Assembly (NCBI RefSeq): GCF_001194135.2
Contig: NC_068982.1
Coordinates: forward strand, 6,508,710-6,572,450
Source of the DNA: Octopus bimaculoides
Lineage: Eukaryota
DNA: 63,741 bases
Reading direction: 5' to 3'
Shown here: positions 12,140-24,616 of the stretch, piece by piece
How the letters are laid out: each line of letters begins with the position of its first letter
How positions within the stretch are numbered: position 1 is the first letter of the stretch
Program-made: the position numbers and the translations under genes
The notes under the pieces: model-generated
Databases searched by the model: none
Told to the model about the DNA's origin: nothing
What the model saw: only the letters and a program-made list of their open reading frames with translations

Positions 12140-12232
12140 AACACCAGCAATATCAAAATCAAATCAGATCCCCGTCGAACCATCCAACCCATGCCAGCAT
12201 GGAAAACGGACGTTAAACGATGGTGGTGATGA
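12140..12232 (+). mobile_element. Family C short derivative
   Basis: ATCAAAATCAAATC joined to CCAACCCATGCCAGCATGGAAAACGGACGTTAAACGATG. Confidence 0.7.
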
Positions 12233-13214
12233 ATTTTAACCACAAAATCTTATATGAACTCCCAAATATCATATGGATTGTTAACTATGGTAATTTTTAT
12301 ACTGATTTCCATTTCTTGTATTACATAGAACAGGCCTTATCCTCTCATCAAAAGCTTTGATGTAGTCTCTCATGTATTGAATTCTTCCCAGGTATTACGT
12401 ATGTAAAATGTTCTCTCATCAAACTAGTTTGAATCAACTAAGTCCTGGCCACTGTTTTTGTTTGTAGAATTAAACTGCTAAATTTTTAAAAGGTTTTTTT
12501 TTTTCTTTGTCATGTAAAGCGTGGCTGGCATTCATGTTGTGACTACACAGGATTTGTACATTATTGTCTTTGTGTCGTCAGTTGAAAAATTTATTTCACA
12601 TCTATCACCGAATGGAAGTCTTTTAATCTTAACATTTAATCCGCAACCATCCTAAATCTTTTAACATTCTGTCAGGCATTATATATTATATACCCTACAT
12701 ATCTAATTTTATGTTATTCTTTTGTCGGTCTTTACATCTATATAAAATATATTTGATATTTTACTTTACAAGTATCCTGGAAGCAACATAGTCATCAATC
12801 TGCATACACTTACATGTGTGTGTGTGTGTGTGTGTATGTGCACGTGCATGTGTGTGTGTGTGTGTGTGTATGTGCACGTGCATGTGTGTGTGTGTGTGCA
12901 TTTCCACAATGTAAACAGACTACTGTTTATTGCAACAACAGCCCTTATTTATTTTTAGTGAAGTTTCAGGACAACATAGGGTGGATTAAATGTTGTAATG
13001 AACATGATGTGTGTATGGGTTTTAAATGTCTCTGAAATGTTCAAAGAGAACATTGTATAAAGCAAGGCAAATATCATCATGGCAGTGTTATCTGAATTTC
13101 AGCCTCCTGAAGCCTTGCTAATGATGTGTATCCACCATTTCACAGTTAAACAAAATTTATCCCCTCAGATATATATAGGAACAATGAATAATAACTTCAG
13201 GCAGAATTATTAGT

Positions 13215-13410
13215 ATGCCTGGCGAAATGCTTAGCGGTATTTCATTCTGAGTTCAAATTCTGCGGAGGTCGACTTTGCCTTTCATCCTTTTGGAGTCGAT
13301 TAAATAAGTACCAGTTACACACTGGGGTTGATGTAATGGACTTAACCCGTTTGTCTGTTCTTGTTTGTCCCCTCTATGTTTAGCCCCCTGTGGGCAGTAA
13401 AGAAATAAAA
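13215..13410 (+). mobile_element. SINE family B (TTTAGCCCC tail subtype)
   Basis: TTCTGAGTTCAAATTC..GTCGACTTTGCCTTTCATCCTTTTGGAGTCGATTAAATAAGTACCAG. Confidence 0.85.
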
Positions 13411-13437
13411 GAATGAATAATAACTTCACTGATGTTA

Positions 13438-13585
13438 CAGATAGCTTGCTGGGCTGAAATAAAACCGATGTTTGCTGCTTTCTATTGAAACAGCATTAAA
13501 TTAAAGTAGCCATTAAGATGCATAATGCTGTGGTTTGCTCTTTCAACTGCATATACCAAATTTATTTCAGCCCAACAAGCTTTCT
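13438..13585. repeat. Small foldback / MITE-like element
   Basis: AGCTTGCTGGGCTGAAATAAA (13443) versus TTTATTTCAGCCCAACAAGCT (13561-13581), 20/21 inverted match. Confidence 0.7.
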
Positions 13586-13812
13586 GCAATATCTCAATAG
13601 TCGCAAAATGTCAGAGGGGACAAATTTCAAACCAGGTATGTGATGACAGGGTACACACTACTTGCAATGCCCAAGGAGACCTAGACACACTCTTGTGCTA
13701 GGATGATGTTTGCCTCTGTTTGATATATATTGTATTTTTAATATATAGCTATGGAGAGACTTTTTTTTATTATCTCAGACAAAAGCTACAGCATCATGCC
13801 TTTCAATGGCAA

Positions 13813-14240
13813 AGGTGCAGGTATGGCTGTGTGGTAAGAAGTTTGCTTTCCAACCACATGGTTCCAGGTTCAGTCCCACTACATGACACCTTGAGCAAGT
13901 GTTTTCTATTATAGCCTTGGGTCAATCAAAACCTTGTGAGTAGCTTTGACAGACAGAAACTGAAAGAAGCTCATCATGTGTGTGTGTGTGTGTGTGTGTG
14001 TGTTTCATTGAGTCTGTATTGGTCCCCCAACTCCACTTGACAAGCAGTGTTGGTATGTTTACATCCCTATAACTTAGCAGTTCAACAAGAGGACATGATA
14101 GCATAAGTATCAGACTTTACTAATAAAACGATAAGTACTGGAGTCGATTCATTCGACCAAAGTTTCTTGAAGGCAGTGCCCCAGCAAGGCCACAGTCTAA
14201 TGACTGAAACAAGTAAAAACAAAAACAAAAGATAAAAAGT
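13813..14240 (+). mobile_element. SINE family A
   Basis: family A head, body and tail. Confidence 0.85.
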
Positions 14241-14384
14241 AAAAAAAAAAGAAAAAGAAAAAATATTTTCATTTAATGCTGTTTTGATTTCAGACCCCAA
14301 ATTGAATTAATTTTTAAAATTTCATGTTTTCAAAAACAGATTTGACATCTATTAAATCAATTTTATGTTAGGAATAATATTCTT

Positions 14385-14512
14385 TTCTACTCTAGGCACA
14401 AGGACCAAAATTTTGTGAGAAGGGGCCAGTCAATTAGATTGACCCCAGTACCCAACTGGTACTTAATTCATTGACCCCGAAAGTATGAAAGGCAAAGTCA
14501 ACCTCGGCGGCA
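14385..14512 (-). mobile_element. SINE family B, 3' part
   Basis: CTGGTACTTAATTCATTGACCCCGAAAGTATGAAAGGCAAAGTCAACCTC. Confidence 0.8.
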
Positions 14513-15035
14513 TGTTAGGAATGATATTACAGTAAAATCCTTCTAACTGTAAACCAATGAATGAGTCTTAAAGTGGTTGCTAGAAATAGCAACTAAATCT
14601 CCCTCACAATCTTTTTAGAAAGAAATTGCCTTACTGGATAATTGATACTTTATTTTCATACTCTACCTAAAGAAAGGATGGGATGGGCATGGTTGTGATG
14701 TACGATCTGCTTAATCAGAGTAGACCTGGGGTTTAATAATAATACCTACTCAATTATAAATAAAAATATTTTCTCCCAAATATGCTGTGATAGTAGCTCG
14801 AAAATCAATACATTGATTTTTCATTATCTCTATTATTACTAAACTGTTTGCACATTTTTTTCCATATCCAAATTCTCTTATGTAATCATAGCTAATAAAA
14901 TCATACTGAATTTATTAAATATATCTTTCTTCCTGTCAATAATATTCAAAAGAAAGTGTTCTGACACAATTAGGTAACATACATGCTCATACTGATACAC
15001 ATGCACACACATACATATATGCACACACTCATACA

Positions 15036-15110
15036 CACATTGGAAGGATGCACATTGGAAGGATGCACATTGGAAGGATGCACATTGGAAGGATGCACAT
15101 TGGAAGGATG
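15036..15110. repeat. 15-bp minisatellite (CACATTGGAAGGATG) x5
   Basis: five perfect copies read directly. Confidence 0.95.
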
Positions 15111-15869
15111 ATCTCTGTTTTCAGAATGTAAATTATAATTTTTGTTTTGTTTAGCTCCAGATCTGCTCTGATCCATCAGACTTAGTCAAAAGGTAGGTCT
15201 TGAGATAGAGTTCTGCTCAGCAGGTTGCCCAGGTGGACCTAGGAATATACCAACAAATGGTGCATGCAGCAGCCTGTTGCAACAGTGCATGACCTAACCT
15301 AACCTAACCTAAACCCAGTGAGAGACACAGCTCATATATAGTCACTTGGCTTGCAAGAAATAGCTGTCAAATATTTGTTGGATGACTTCCCAGTGTCTTA
15401 TTAAAAGAAGACTGCATTAGATGTTACATTCAGTTCATTTGTTTCTCACAAAAAGCTGGGATGCTTATTTATGACCAGAAAGCTTTTTGATTGTATGCCT
15501 GCCGGATCAAATCTGATCTGGGGCTAAACAGATTTATATATATATATATATATATATTAAAATTAACAGAATGAGATAAAAATCCAAGGCTGTGAAGGAT
15601 TTCAGAACATTTATAAATATAATGGAACTGCAGATACAATATCCCTGCATATCTCACGTCTGTTTTCATTCCTCCACTTCGCTCTCTATTTCGTATCTTA
15701 TCTAAAATAACTTTTGCTCAACCATTCTCCCGCACCATCTCTGGGTTTTTATCTCATTCTGTTAATTTCTTTATATATACACACGTTGATATATGACCTA
15801 CGTTGGACTCCTCATTCCCATAATCACCAAACCTGGAGCTTAACTATGGTTTATCCATAGCACTTACTC

Positions 15870-16700
15870 AGCATTACCTGACACCTTTGGGTCTAATTGA
15901 CACCATTACCTTTCAATGGCTGGATGCTCTTCCTGATGCCAACTACCTTATGAAGTGTACAGATTGCTTTTTTAAGTGGCACCAGTGCCAGAGCTTTTAT
16001 GTGACACCAATATGGACAGGGTCATCAAGTACCTTATGAGACAAAACCCCCTAAATTGGAGGGGAGAGAGGGGAAAGTAGTATTGGGTGGATTTCAGGTA
16101 TGGAAGGGTCAGATATAGGTGCCTTGCTACAGGGTAGATACATAGATACCCCAGTTGGAAAACAAAGGAAAGTGAGGGGGAGAGTAAGATAAAGAGAGCA
16201 ATAGTGAGAGAGATGATGGATAAGATGTGTTGGGACAAGTCCTTAAGGGGACACTGGGGGTGGTGAGAATAGGTGAGGTGATACAGGGATTTGGATTGAG
16301 TGAGTGGGCAGGATGAGGTGACTGTAGCAAATGATGGAGAGAAATATAGGAGGGACTTGGCAGGAGGGTGTGGTAGATATGTGAGGGCATTGAGGGTGAT
16401 AGCAGGAATTAAGGTGTTGATGATGGAGAGCAGCAGTGGGAGGGGAGGGAAGGCACAGAAAGGAGATGATTGGCAGAAAGAGTAAGCAGGGGAAGAAAGG
16501 TAACTGGGGGTGGGTGGGGATGGCAAAAGGTAATTGAGGTGAGAGGTAACTAGGTGGAGGAAGGTAACTGAAAAAGCTAGCTGGGTGTAGTATGCATTTA
16601 CTCTGCTTTCAGGTGATAGAGGAAGTGATGGGTATTAGGGAATGAAATGTGGGGGAGCGAGAGGGTTGATGGGACAGAGAAGATGGAGGTAAACATTACC
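15870..16700 (-). mobile_element. Purine-rich body with a family C-type end
   Basis: GGCTGGATGCTCTTCCTGATGCCAAC core followed by ~650 bp of GA-rich sequence. Confidence 0.5.
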
Positions 16701-17317
16701 AAGGTGGTTTTAGGTTAGCAATTTTGCAGTGGTGGATGGATTATGACAAGCAATAATATCACTTGATAAAAGTGAATCTGAGCTTATCCATTTCTAAATA
16801 GAAAATTTTCTGATGTAATAAACCTTATGTCACCTTCAATCTATTTCTGACGACTCCCTTTAATAGCTTCTGCTTTGCTTACATAAACTCCTGAGAGACG
16901 ACCCTTGCAAGTACAGATCTCAACCCTATACTAGTCTCCTGATGATATTGATAACTTAATTCTCCTAAAATTCTTTGTTGTTAGATGTAAGCAGGTTTTC
17001 AACAAAATGACTCTGAGTTCTTCAAAGTCTTTTAATAGAAATAACAAGTGTTATGCTGTTTAACTTATATCTTATTTTATGATTCTCTTACGCCATTTTT
17101 ATTTATAAAGAGAATATCTTTACATTTCCTTTCAGGTAACTCCCTTGTTGCTCCATCAAGTTTTAGTTTCATGCTGTCAGTTTAAAATTCTTCTTGCTGT
17201 ATAATGTTTCCACATATAAAGTTACACGAAAGACAAAAAAATAAAAAAGGCAAGATTGTGCAAGCAATAAGTAAATGGATAAAACGATAGTTCTCAAGTG
17301 TGAAAGAAATCATTAAA

Positions 17318-17670
17318 CATCATCATCATCATCATCGTTGTAGTTTAACGTCCGTTTTCCATGCTGGCATGGGTTGGACGGTTTGACTGAGGTCTGGAGA
17401 GCCAGCAGCTGCACTGGACTTCAATCTGATCTGTCAAGTTTTCTACAGCTGGATGTCCTTCCTAACACCAACCACTCCGAGAGTGTAGTGGGTGCTTTTT
17501 ACGTGCCACAAGCACAGGGGCCAGTCAGGTTTGCCTGGCATTGATCACATTTGGATAGTGCTATTTACACGCCACCAGCACTGGGGCCAGTCAGGGGGTA
17601 TTGGCATCAGCCATTATCAGTTGGTACTTTTTATGTGCCACCAGCACAAGAGCCAGTCAGGGGGTACTGT
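17318..17670 (-). mobile_element. Family C
   Basis: (CAT)n-TTTAACGTCCGTTTTCCATGCTGGCATGGG, core and ~3 internal units. Confidence 0.85.
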
Positions 17671-17754
17671 CATCTTATATATATGTGTATGTATGTCTGT
17701 GTGTGAGGTGTGAATCTATATATGTATCTCTGACATGTATATCAATATATGTGT

Positions 17755-18030
17755 GTGTGGTGTGTAGTTTAGGGGTCAGGTTATTCATCTCATGAGTTCA
17801 ATTTCTAATGATGCATTGTACCCTTAAACAAGGCACCTAACTTCACGTTGATCCAGTCCACTCAGCTGGTAAAAATGAATTGTACCTGTAATTAAAAAGG
17901 GTCAGCCTTGTCAGATTCTGTGTCACACTGAATTTGCCTCAGAACTGCATTTAGGGTATTCTTTTTAATTTCATGAGCAGGCTGTTCTGCTGATCAGATC
18001 AAATGAAACAATCATCATGGTAATGAAAAG
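17755..18030 (+). mobile_element. SINE family F, decayed
   Basis: GAGTTCAATTTC, CCAGTCCACTCAGCTGG, AAAGGGTCAGCCTTGTCA. Confidence 0.75.
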
Positions 18031-18086
18031 AATGCCAGTTTCATATATGTGTGTTTGTGTGGGGGGATATCTATATATGTGTATAC

Positions 18087-18141
<55 letters not shown>

Positions 18142-18330
18142 CATACATATATATGAGTGTATGTGTGTGTGTGTGTGTGGTATATACGTACATATGTAGG
18201 AAAAAATAAGTTCAAAAGAGAACAATTCAAACTTTTTGAGAGATCCAATAAGAGAGAAAGAATGATTTCTAATAAATATTCATCATATTCATAAAGAACA
18301 GCCAGAGCAAGTAATAAGAATATGAAAACA

Positions 18331-18621
18331 GTAGTTGAAAAATATCGTTATAGGTATAAATATACCATAAACAATTATAGAAAGATGGAGGAGTAAAAAA
18401 GATGTTGAATCAAAATTAGATTTAATACAAAATAGGATTCAATACATACGCATGTTTCAAAGGACAATACAAATATGTAAGAAAAAATTATAATGATTGT
18501 CCGTTGAATCACGTGTATGTATTGAATCCTATTTTGCATTAAATCTAATTTTGAGGCAACATATTTTTCTCCTCCATTTGTCTATAATCGTTTATGGTAT
18601 ATAACGATATTTTTCAACTAC
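18331..18621. mobile_element. Foldback MITE with ~140-bp inverted arms
   Basis: GTAGTTGAAAAATATCGTTATA..AAAATAGGATTCAATACATAC mirrored by GTATGTATTGAATCCTATTTT..TATAACGATATTTTTCAACTAC. Confidence 0.85.
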
Positions 18622-18624
18622 ATA

Positions 18625-18663
<39 letters not shown>

Positions 18664-18848
18664 TCTCAACACCGCAAATATAAAATTCTTGCCTGAAGAT
18701 GGAGGCTGGTGGTATCTGATGATACAATCAAGTCATAAGCATTATTTTGGATCAACATGGGTTCAATATTTTTTGTATATCAACTTGCCCAAGTAGCTTG
18801 TCCTTACATTTAGTTCCATATACACACACACATATATATATATATATA

Positions 18849-19682
18849 CTGGTGACAAAGGGCCTCTCGCTCAGAGTGAAAGGTAAATTGTACGCTTCAT
18901 GTGAGCGAACTGCCATGCTTCACGACAGTGAAACATGGGCCGTAACTGCTGAAGACATGCGTAGACTCGAAAGAAATGAAGCTAGAATGATCCACTGGAT
19001 GTGTAATCTCAGTGTGCACACATGATAGAGTGTAAGTGCCCTGAGAGAAATGTTGAACATAAGAAGCATTGGATGTGGCGTTCGAGACAGACGTTTGTGT
19101 GGGATGAGGTGCTGAAGCATGACCTTCAAACGTTGGGCTTCACAGAGGCAATGACAAAAGACCAAGACCTCTGGAGATATGCTGTGACTGCGAAGACCCG
19201 GCAAATAAAGTGAGTTCAAAGCTGTAACCTACACCAAAGTCGCATAACCATCCCACTCAAAAGTACCTTGGATTGTAGGGTGACATGCCGTGCTTGAGGA
19301 GACCTATTGAGGCCTATAGAAATTGTAGTTGTGATCCCTGTGCTGGTGGCACATAAAAAGCACCATCCGAATGGGGCTGATGCCAGCGCCGCCTTGACTG
19401 GCTTCCATGCCAGTGGCACATAAAAAGCACCAACCGATCGTCGTCATTTCCAGCCCCCTCAGGCCCCTGTGCTGGTAGCACGTAAAAAGCACCCACTACA
19501 CACTCAGAGTGGTTGGCGTTAGGAAGGGCATCCAGCTGTAGAAACATTGCCAGATCAGATTGGAGCCTGGTGCAGCCTCCCGGCTTCACAGACCCCAGTT
19601 AAACTGTCCAACCCATGCCAGCATGGAAAATGGATGTTAAACGATGATGACGATGATGATGATGATGATGATGAGGATGATG
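18849..19682 (+). mobile_element. RTE-clade LINE, 5'-truncated (ORF C-terminus plus family C 3' UTR)
   Basis: LSLRVKGKLY..TAMLHDSETWAVTAEDMRRLERNEARMIHWMCN and WDEVLKHDLQTLGFTEAMTKDQDLWRYAV, contiguous with the family C array, core and (GAT)n tail. Confidence 0.9.
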
Positions 19683-20635
19683 ATATATGTATACACACAT
19701 ACTTATATGTGTGTGTATAGATAGATAGATAGATAGATAGATAAAGACATGTGCACACACACTTCTTTTATTTATATCTTCTAATTTATTCAGGTTAATT
19801 ATCGGTTTCATTGCAAATTACTCAAGAGAAACCCAGTTTATGTTCCCATTTGCTGTTTATATATTTCATACATTTTGAATAAAACAACAATCCCTGAGAA
19901 TATCTGCTATGTTATACTTTTGAACCGAAACATCTAAATTATTGCAAGTAACAGTATATATGTTTTAAACCTTTCTTTGTGTAGTTCTATGCTAATGGAT
20001 ATGTAATCTGTAAAAAAAGAAAAAAATCAAATTTAGATATTTCCTGTTTCTAGAATTGATTCATAAAATTCTGTTATTTTCCATATAAAATGATTTTCGA
20101 ACCATTTAAGACATTCCAGCTTCCATTATCTTAATAATACTGTGACTTCTGTATTTGAATCGTCAGTTGTTTTATTTCCATCTTTCTTTACCGAAACTTA
20201 TTTTAAAGCAGTGACAAAGTGCGATGGGTATTTTTTTCTTTTTTCTTCTTTTAATAATGTTTTAATTCAGCATAAATTACAAAGTCATTACAGTCCACTC
20301 CTGAACAAAAAAAATTGCATACACTTGAATGTATGCACACACACAGGAGAGAGAGAGATAGACAGACAGATAGATAGAGACAGATAGACAGACAGACAGA
20401 CAAAGAGACAAGTGCTATTTATGTATGTGTTGATAGATATCGCTGGCATCGTTTGTCAATTTGTTCTGGAAATCAGATAGAAATTTTGTTATTTTTTGTG
20501 TAATAATGACAAAATGTATTTTACTTTATATTCAGTATTGTTGCTTTAATACAACTGGCTCTCAGAATATCCAGGGATTTTGTACTGAATGCTCATAGAG
20601 TTTTCCAGGAATTGCTGTCATATCCTAATGTTTTT

Positions 20636-21180
20636 CATCATCATCATCATCATCATCGTTTAACGTCCGCTTTCCATGCTAGCATGGGTTGGACGATTTG
20701 ACTGAGGACTGGTGAAACCGGATGGCAACACCAGGCTCCAGTCTGATTTGGCAGAGTTTCTACAGCTGGATGCCCTTCCTAACGCCAACCACTCAGAGAG
20801 TGTAGTGGGTGCTTTTACGTGTCACCTGCACGAAAACGGCCACGCTCGAAATGGTGTCTTTTATGTGCCACCCGCACAAGCCAGTCCAGGGGCACTGGCA
20901 ACGATCTCGCTCGAAAATCCTACAGGAGCCAGTCAGGCGGTACTGGCAACGGCCACGCTCAAAATGGTGCATCTCATGTGCCACCCGCACAAGAACCAGT
21001 CCAGGGGCACTGGCAACGATCTTACTTGGCTTGCCGGGTCTTCTCACGCACAGCCCATTTCCAAAGGTCTCGGTCCGTAGTCATCGCCTCGGTGAGGCCC
21101 AATGTACGAAGGTCTTGCCTCACCACCTCAGCCCAGGTCTTCCTGGGCCTACCTCTTCCACGGGTTCCCTCAACTGTTAG
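20636..21180 (-). mobile_element. RTE-clade LINE 3' fragment (family C)
   Basis: minus strand encodes VEGTRGRGRPRKTWAEVVRQDLRTLGLTEAMTTDRDLWKWAVREKTRQAK*, followed by the 3' UTR array and tail. Confidence 0.9.
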
Positions 21181-21754
21181 GTCAAAAGAAAAATATTTCT
21201 CATCATTTGTGCTAGAATAAAACACATTAACTCACTCTGCTAAGCAGTAATGAGTTTTCTTATTTTCTTAATGTAATTTTACTAATGTTGAGAATTTTTT
21301 TTTTGGTTTTGCTTCATTGCGAAAAATAAATGCATCAGTGGATAGCAAAGAAAAGGATTGTCTGACAAGGTTGTTTCTAAAGAAAATTTACAAAGGCAAT
21401 TTTCAGAATACATAAATTTTATTACATTTAGGAAATAGGTTTGTTTTTATTTGGTAAATGACATTTCAGGAAGGAACCATCTCACTTGTGAAGAAATCAG
21501 AGTCAAAAGGTTAATAAAAGTATCATCAACAATTATCAGATTGTTTCACAAATAACAGTTTTGATATTGGGTACCAAACATTTTGCATGAAATATACTTT
21601 GAATAATTAAGATTACTTCATTTGTCAATGACAGAAGCAATATGAAATTGGAAGGAACTGGAATATGAAATATTGTGTAACAAATATTCATTAAGATTAC
21701 ATAGAGCAAAATAAGATTATTTTAAAAAAATGTCTTTGATTTGTTTGTTTTTTC

Positions 21755-22116
21755 CTTGTTTCCGTCATTAAACTACAGCCATTCTGGAGCACAACATTAA
21801 AGAATTTTAGTTGAAAGAACCGACCCAGTACTTATATTTTCTGTTAAGCCTTGTACTTATTTTATCATTCTTTTTACTGAACTGCTAAGTTATGGGGACA
21901 TAAACACACAAATACTGGTTATCAACAAGTGGAGGGACACATGCGGATACTAGCATACACACATGACAAGCTTCTTTCAGTTTCCATCTGCTAAATCCAC
22001 TCACAAGGGTTTAGTCAGCTCAAGAATATTGTAGAGGACACTTGGCCAAGGTACCATGCATTGGAACTGAACCCAGAACCATGTGGTTGGGAAGTAAACT
22101 TCTTGCCACACAGCTG
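21755..22116 (-). mobile_element. SINE family A, decayed
   Basis: family A motifs in reverse. Confidence 0.8.
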
Positions 22117-22220
22117 CATCTAGTGGAACTGAATGGCATGGATAAGTAAAGTTCCAGAGAAAATACATTATACAATCATGTCCCTTTGCAAACAAATTTC
22201 ACATCACATACACGCGCGCG

Positions 22221-22270
<50 letters not shown>

Positions 22271-22380
22271 CGCACACACGCACACACACACACACACACA
22301 CAAATAGATATGTATGTATGTGTATGTAACCTTTGCCTTTTGTCTAGAATTTGTAAATTAAATTCATTTATATATATGTG

Positions 22381-22754
22381 TGTGTGGTAAGTAGCTTGCT
22401 TACCAACCACACGGTTCCGATTTCAGTCTCACTACATGGCACCTTGGGCAAGTGTCTTCTACTATGTCCTCAAGCCAAACAAAGCCTTGTGAGTGGATTT
22501 GGTAGATGGAAACTGAAAGAAGCCCATCGTATATATCTATATGTATGTGTGTGTTTGTGTGTGTCCCCAACATCGCTTGACAACTGATGCTGGTGTGTTT
22601 ACGTCCCTCATAACTTAGCAGTTTGACAAAAGAGACCGATAGAATAAGTATTAGGCTAACAAAGAATAAGTCCTGGAGTCGATTTGCTCGACTAAAGGCG
22701 GTGCTCCAGCATGGCCACAATCAAATGACTGAAACAAATGAAAGAATAAAAGAA
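22381..22754 (+). mobile_element. SINE family A
   Basis: family A pattern. Confidence 0.9.
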
Positions 22755-22773
22755 TTTATACACACACATATAT

Positions 22774-23050
22774 TACTCTTTACCTTTTTACTTGTTTCAG
22801 TCATTTGACTGTGGCCATGCTGGAGCACCGCCTTTAGTCGAACAAATCAACCCGAGGACTTATCCTTTGTAAGCCTAGTACTTATTCTATTGGTCTCTTT
22901 TGCCAAACTGCTAAGTTACGGGGACGTAAACACACCAGCATCTGTTGTCAAGCAATGTTGGGGAGACAAACACAGACACACAAACCCACACACGTATATA
23001 TATACATATACATATATATGACAGGCTTCTTTCAGTTTCCATCTACCAAA
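22774..23050 (-). mobile_element. SINE family A lacking its tRNA head
   Basis: 3' two-thirds of the family A pattern, abutting the 5S copy. Confidence 0.9.
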
Positions 23051-23051
23051 A

Positions 23052-23168
23052 CACTTACAGCACCCAGGTTTTCCAAGCGGTCACCCATCTAAGTATTCAG
23101 TAGGCTCGACATTGCTTAACTTCGGTGATCGGACAAGAACTGGTGCTCTCAACGTGATATGGCCGTAA

Positions 23169-23170
<2 letters not shown>
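23052..23170 (-). pseudogene. 5S rRNA copy, near full length and diverged
   Basis: minus strand CTTACGGCCATATCACGTTGAGAGCACCAGTTCTTGTCCGATCACCGAAGTTAAGCAATGTCGAGCC..AGATGGGTGACCGCTTGG..GGTGCTGTAAG matches the metazoan 5S layout; solitary, with several substitutions. Confidence 0.9.
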
Positions 23171-23220
<50 letters not shown>

Positions 23221-23224
23221 CACC

Positions 23225-23255
<31 letters not shown>

Positions 23256-24532
23256 GCATACATATTTATATGTGTGCAGATTATTTAAATCACTTACAAT
23301 CTTCCTGTAAATTGCTAGAATCATTTTTATTTTAGATTGACAGGAATGGAAAAGAGAAAACTTATATTATTTTTTATTTTATTTCACTTCAATTTTTCCT
23401 GACTTTTACTGATGATCAACCAGATTATTGTAAGTAAACCATCCTGAAAATTGCCTTTATACTCTTCTTTGAGAATAATTTCATCCGTTACATATTGTCT
23501 TATTCTTAAGAACCATACTTTGTAACATCATACATTAATTGGCATCGTTTCTTGATATGCAGTTTAGTGATTGAGTAACAGGATAAAATAGGGTGATAAT
23601 TTGTTGAATTTCATTGCTAATTTACTAATTGACAAAGCAAAAGTTGATAAAATTTACTGAATAAATACTGTTTGGATTGAATAAACTTTTTCTTCTCTGC
23701 AACAATAGATCGATAACTAAGCAACACTAATATTTGCCACAAAGTTACTCAATTTAGTAACTTTTATGAGATTAACTTGGTGACAATTGCATTAAAAGAA
23801 CCTTGGTTATAAATGCATTGGAATAACATAATGTATACAATTGGCTTATGAAATGGAAAGATTGTCTGCATACAGTTCCCATATTGTAGAGAGGTAAAAT
23901 TACAAGGCTGTAAAACTTGTATAGTTAATGATAGCTGTTGCCTTTGATGAGCTGGTAATGTATCACTGTTCCTACTTTATAGGTCATGAAATTTTATCTC
24001 ATCTCTGACGGTCTATTCATGGAACTACGTAGTTATATTTAATTATAAGTCTTGCAACTGGATAATTGAACATTGGTCATGTCTGTAAAAAAAAAAAAAA
24101 AAAAATCTATTATTATCCTCAGTTTGTAAATGATAACAATCATTGGTGACCCAAACTGCAAAGTACATCAAAATCAATCACCGTGTATCACATGGTGATG
24201 TTCCATATTTAACTAAGGCACCAATTTCTCATTGTCAATCCCTTTCATAAATCTGATTGATTTAAAGCCAATACAAGAATTTCGTCATAGACAAGTGATA
24301 TATTGATCTACAGAAATCAATCAACTTCTCACTTCTTTACACAACTTGACCATCCAATCTCTCAGAAAATAGCAAAATCTTCCTCAAATTACACTCCACA
24401 ATCTTATAATAGAAAGAACACATTAGACGATGACACTGTCTGGTAAAAGATAGGTGGTCATGGCCAGAAAGCCTTTGGACATTGTTCTACCCATGCAGAG
24501 TTGGCCTGGGGCTAATTAACACCTCATCCCTC

Positions 24533-24616
24533 CTTCTTCTTCTTCTTCTTCTTCTTCTTCTTCTTCTTCTTCTTCTTCTTCTTCTTCTTCTTCTTCTTCT
24601 TCTTCTTCTTCTTCTT
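24533..24616. repeat. (TTC)n microsatellite
   Basis: direct reading. Confidence 0.95.

Noticed and set aside
15292-15316. (CCTAA)n as a telomeric repeat
   Set aside because: Only 3-4 units of the pentamer, which is not the repeat expected in molluscs; compatible with a chance microsatellite.
15972-16526. 184-aa Pro/Leu/Ser-rich ORF
   Set aside because: Low-complexity pyrimidine-rich strand of a repeat body; no domain motifs.
23052-23170. Functional 5S rRNA gene
   Set aside because: Solitary, carries several substitutions including in the control region, and is embedded in microsatellite and SINE sequence.
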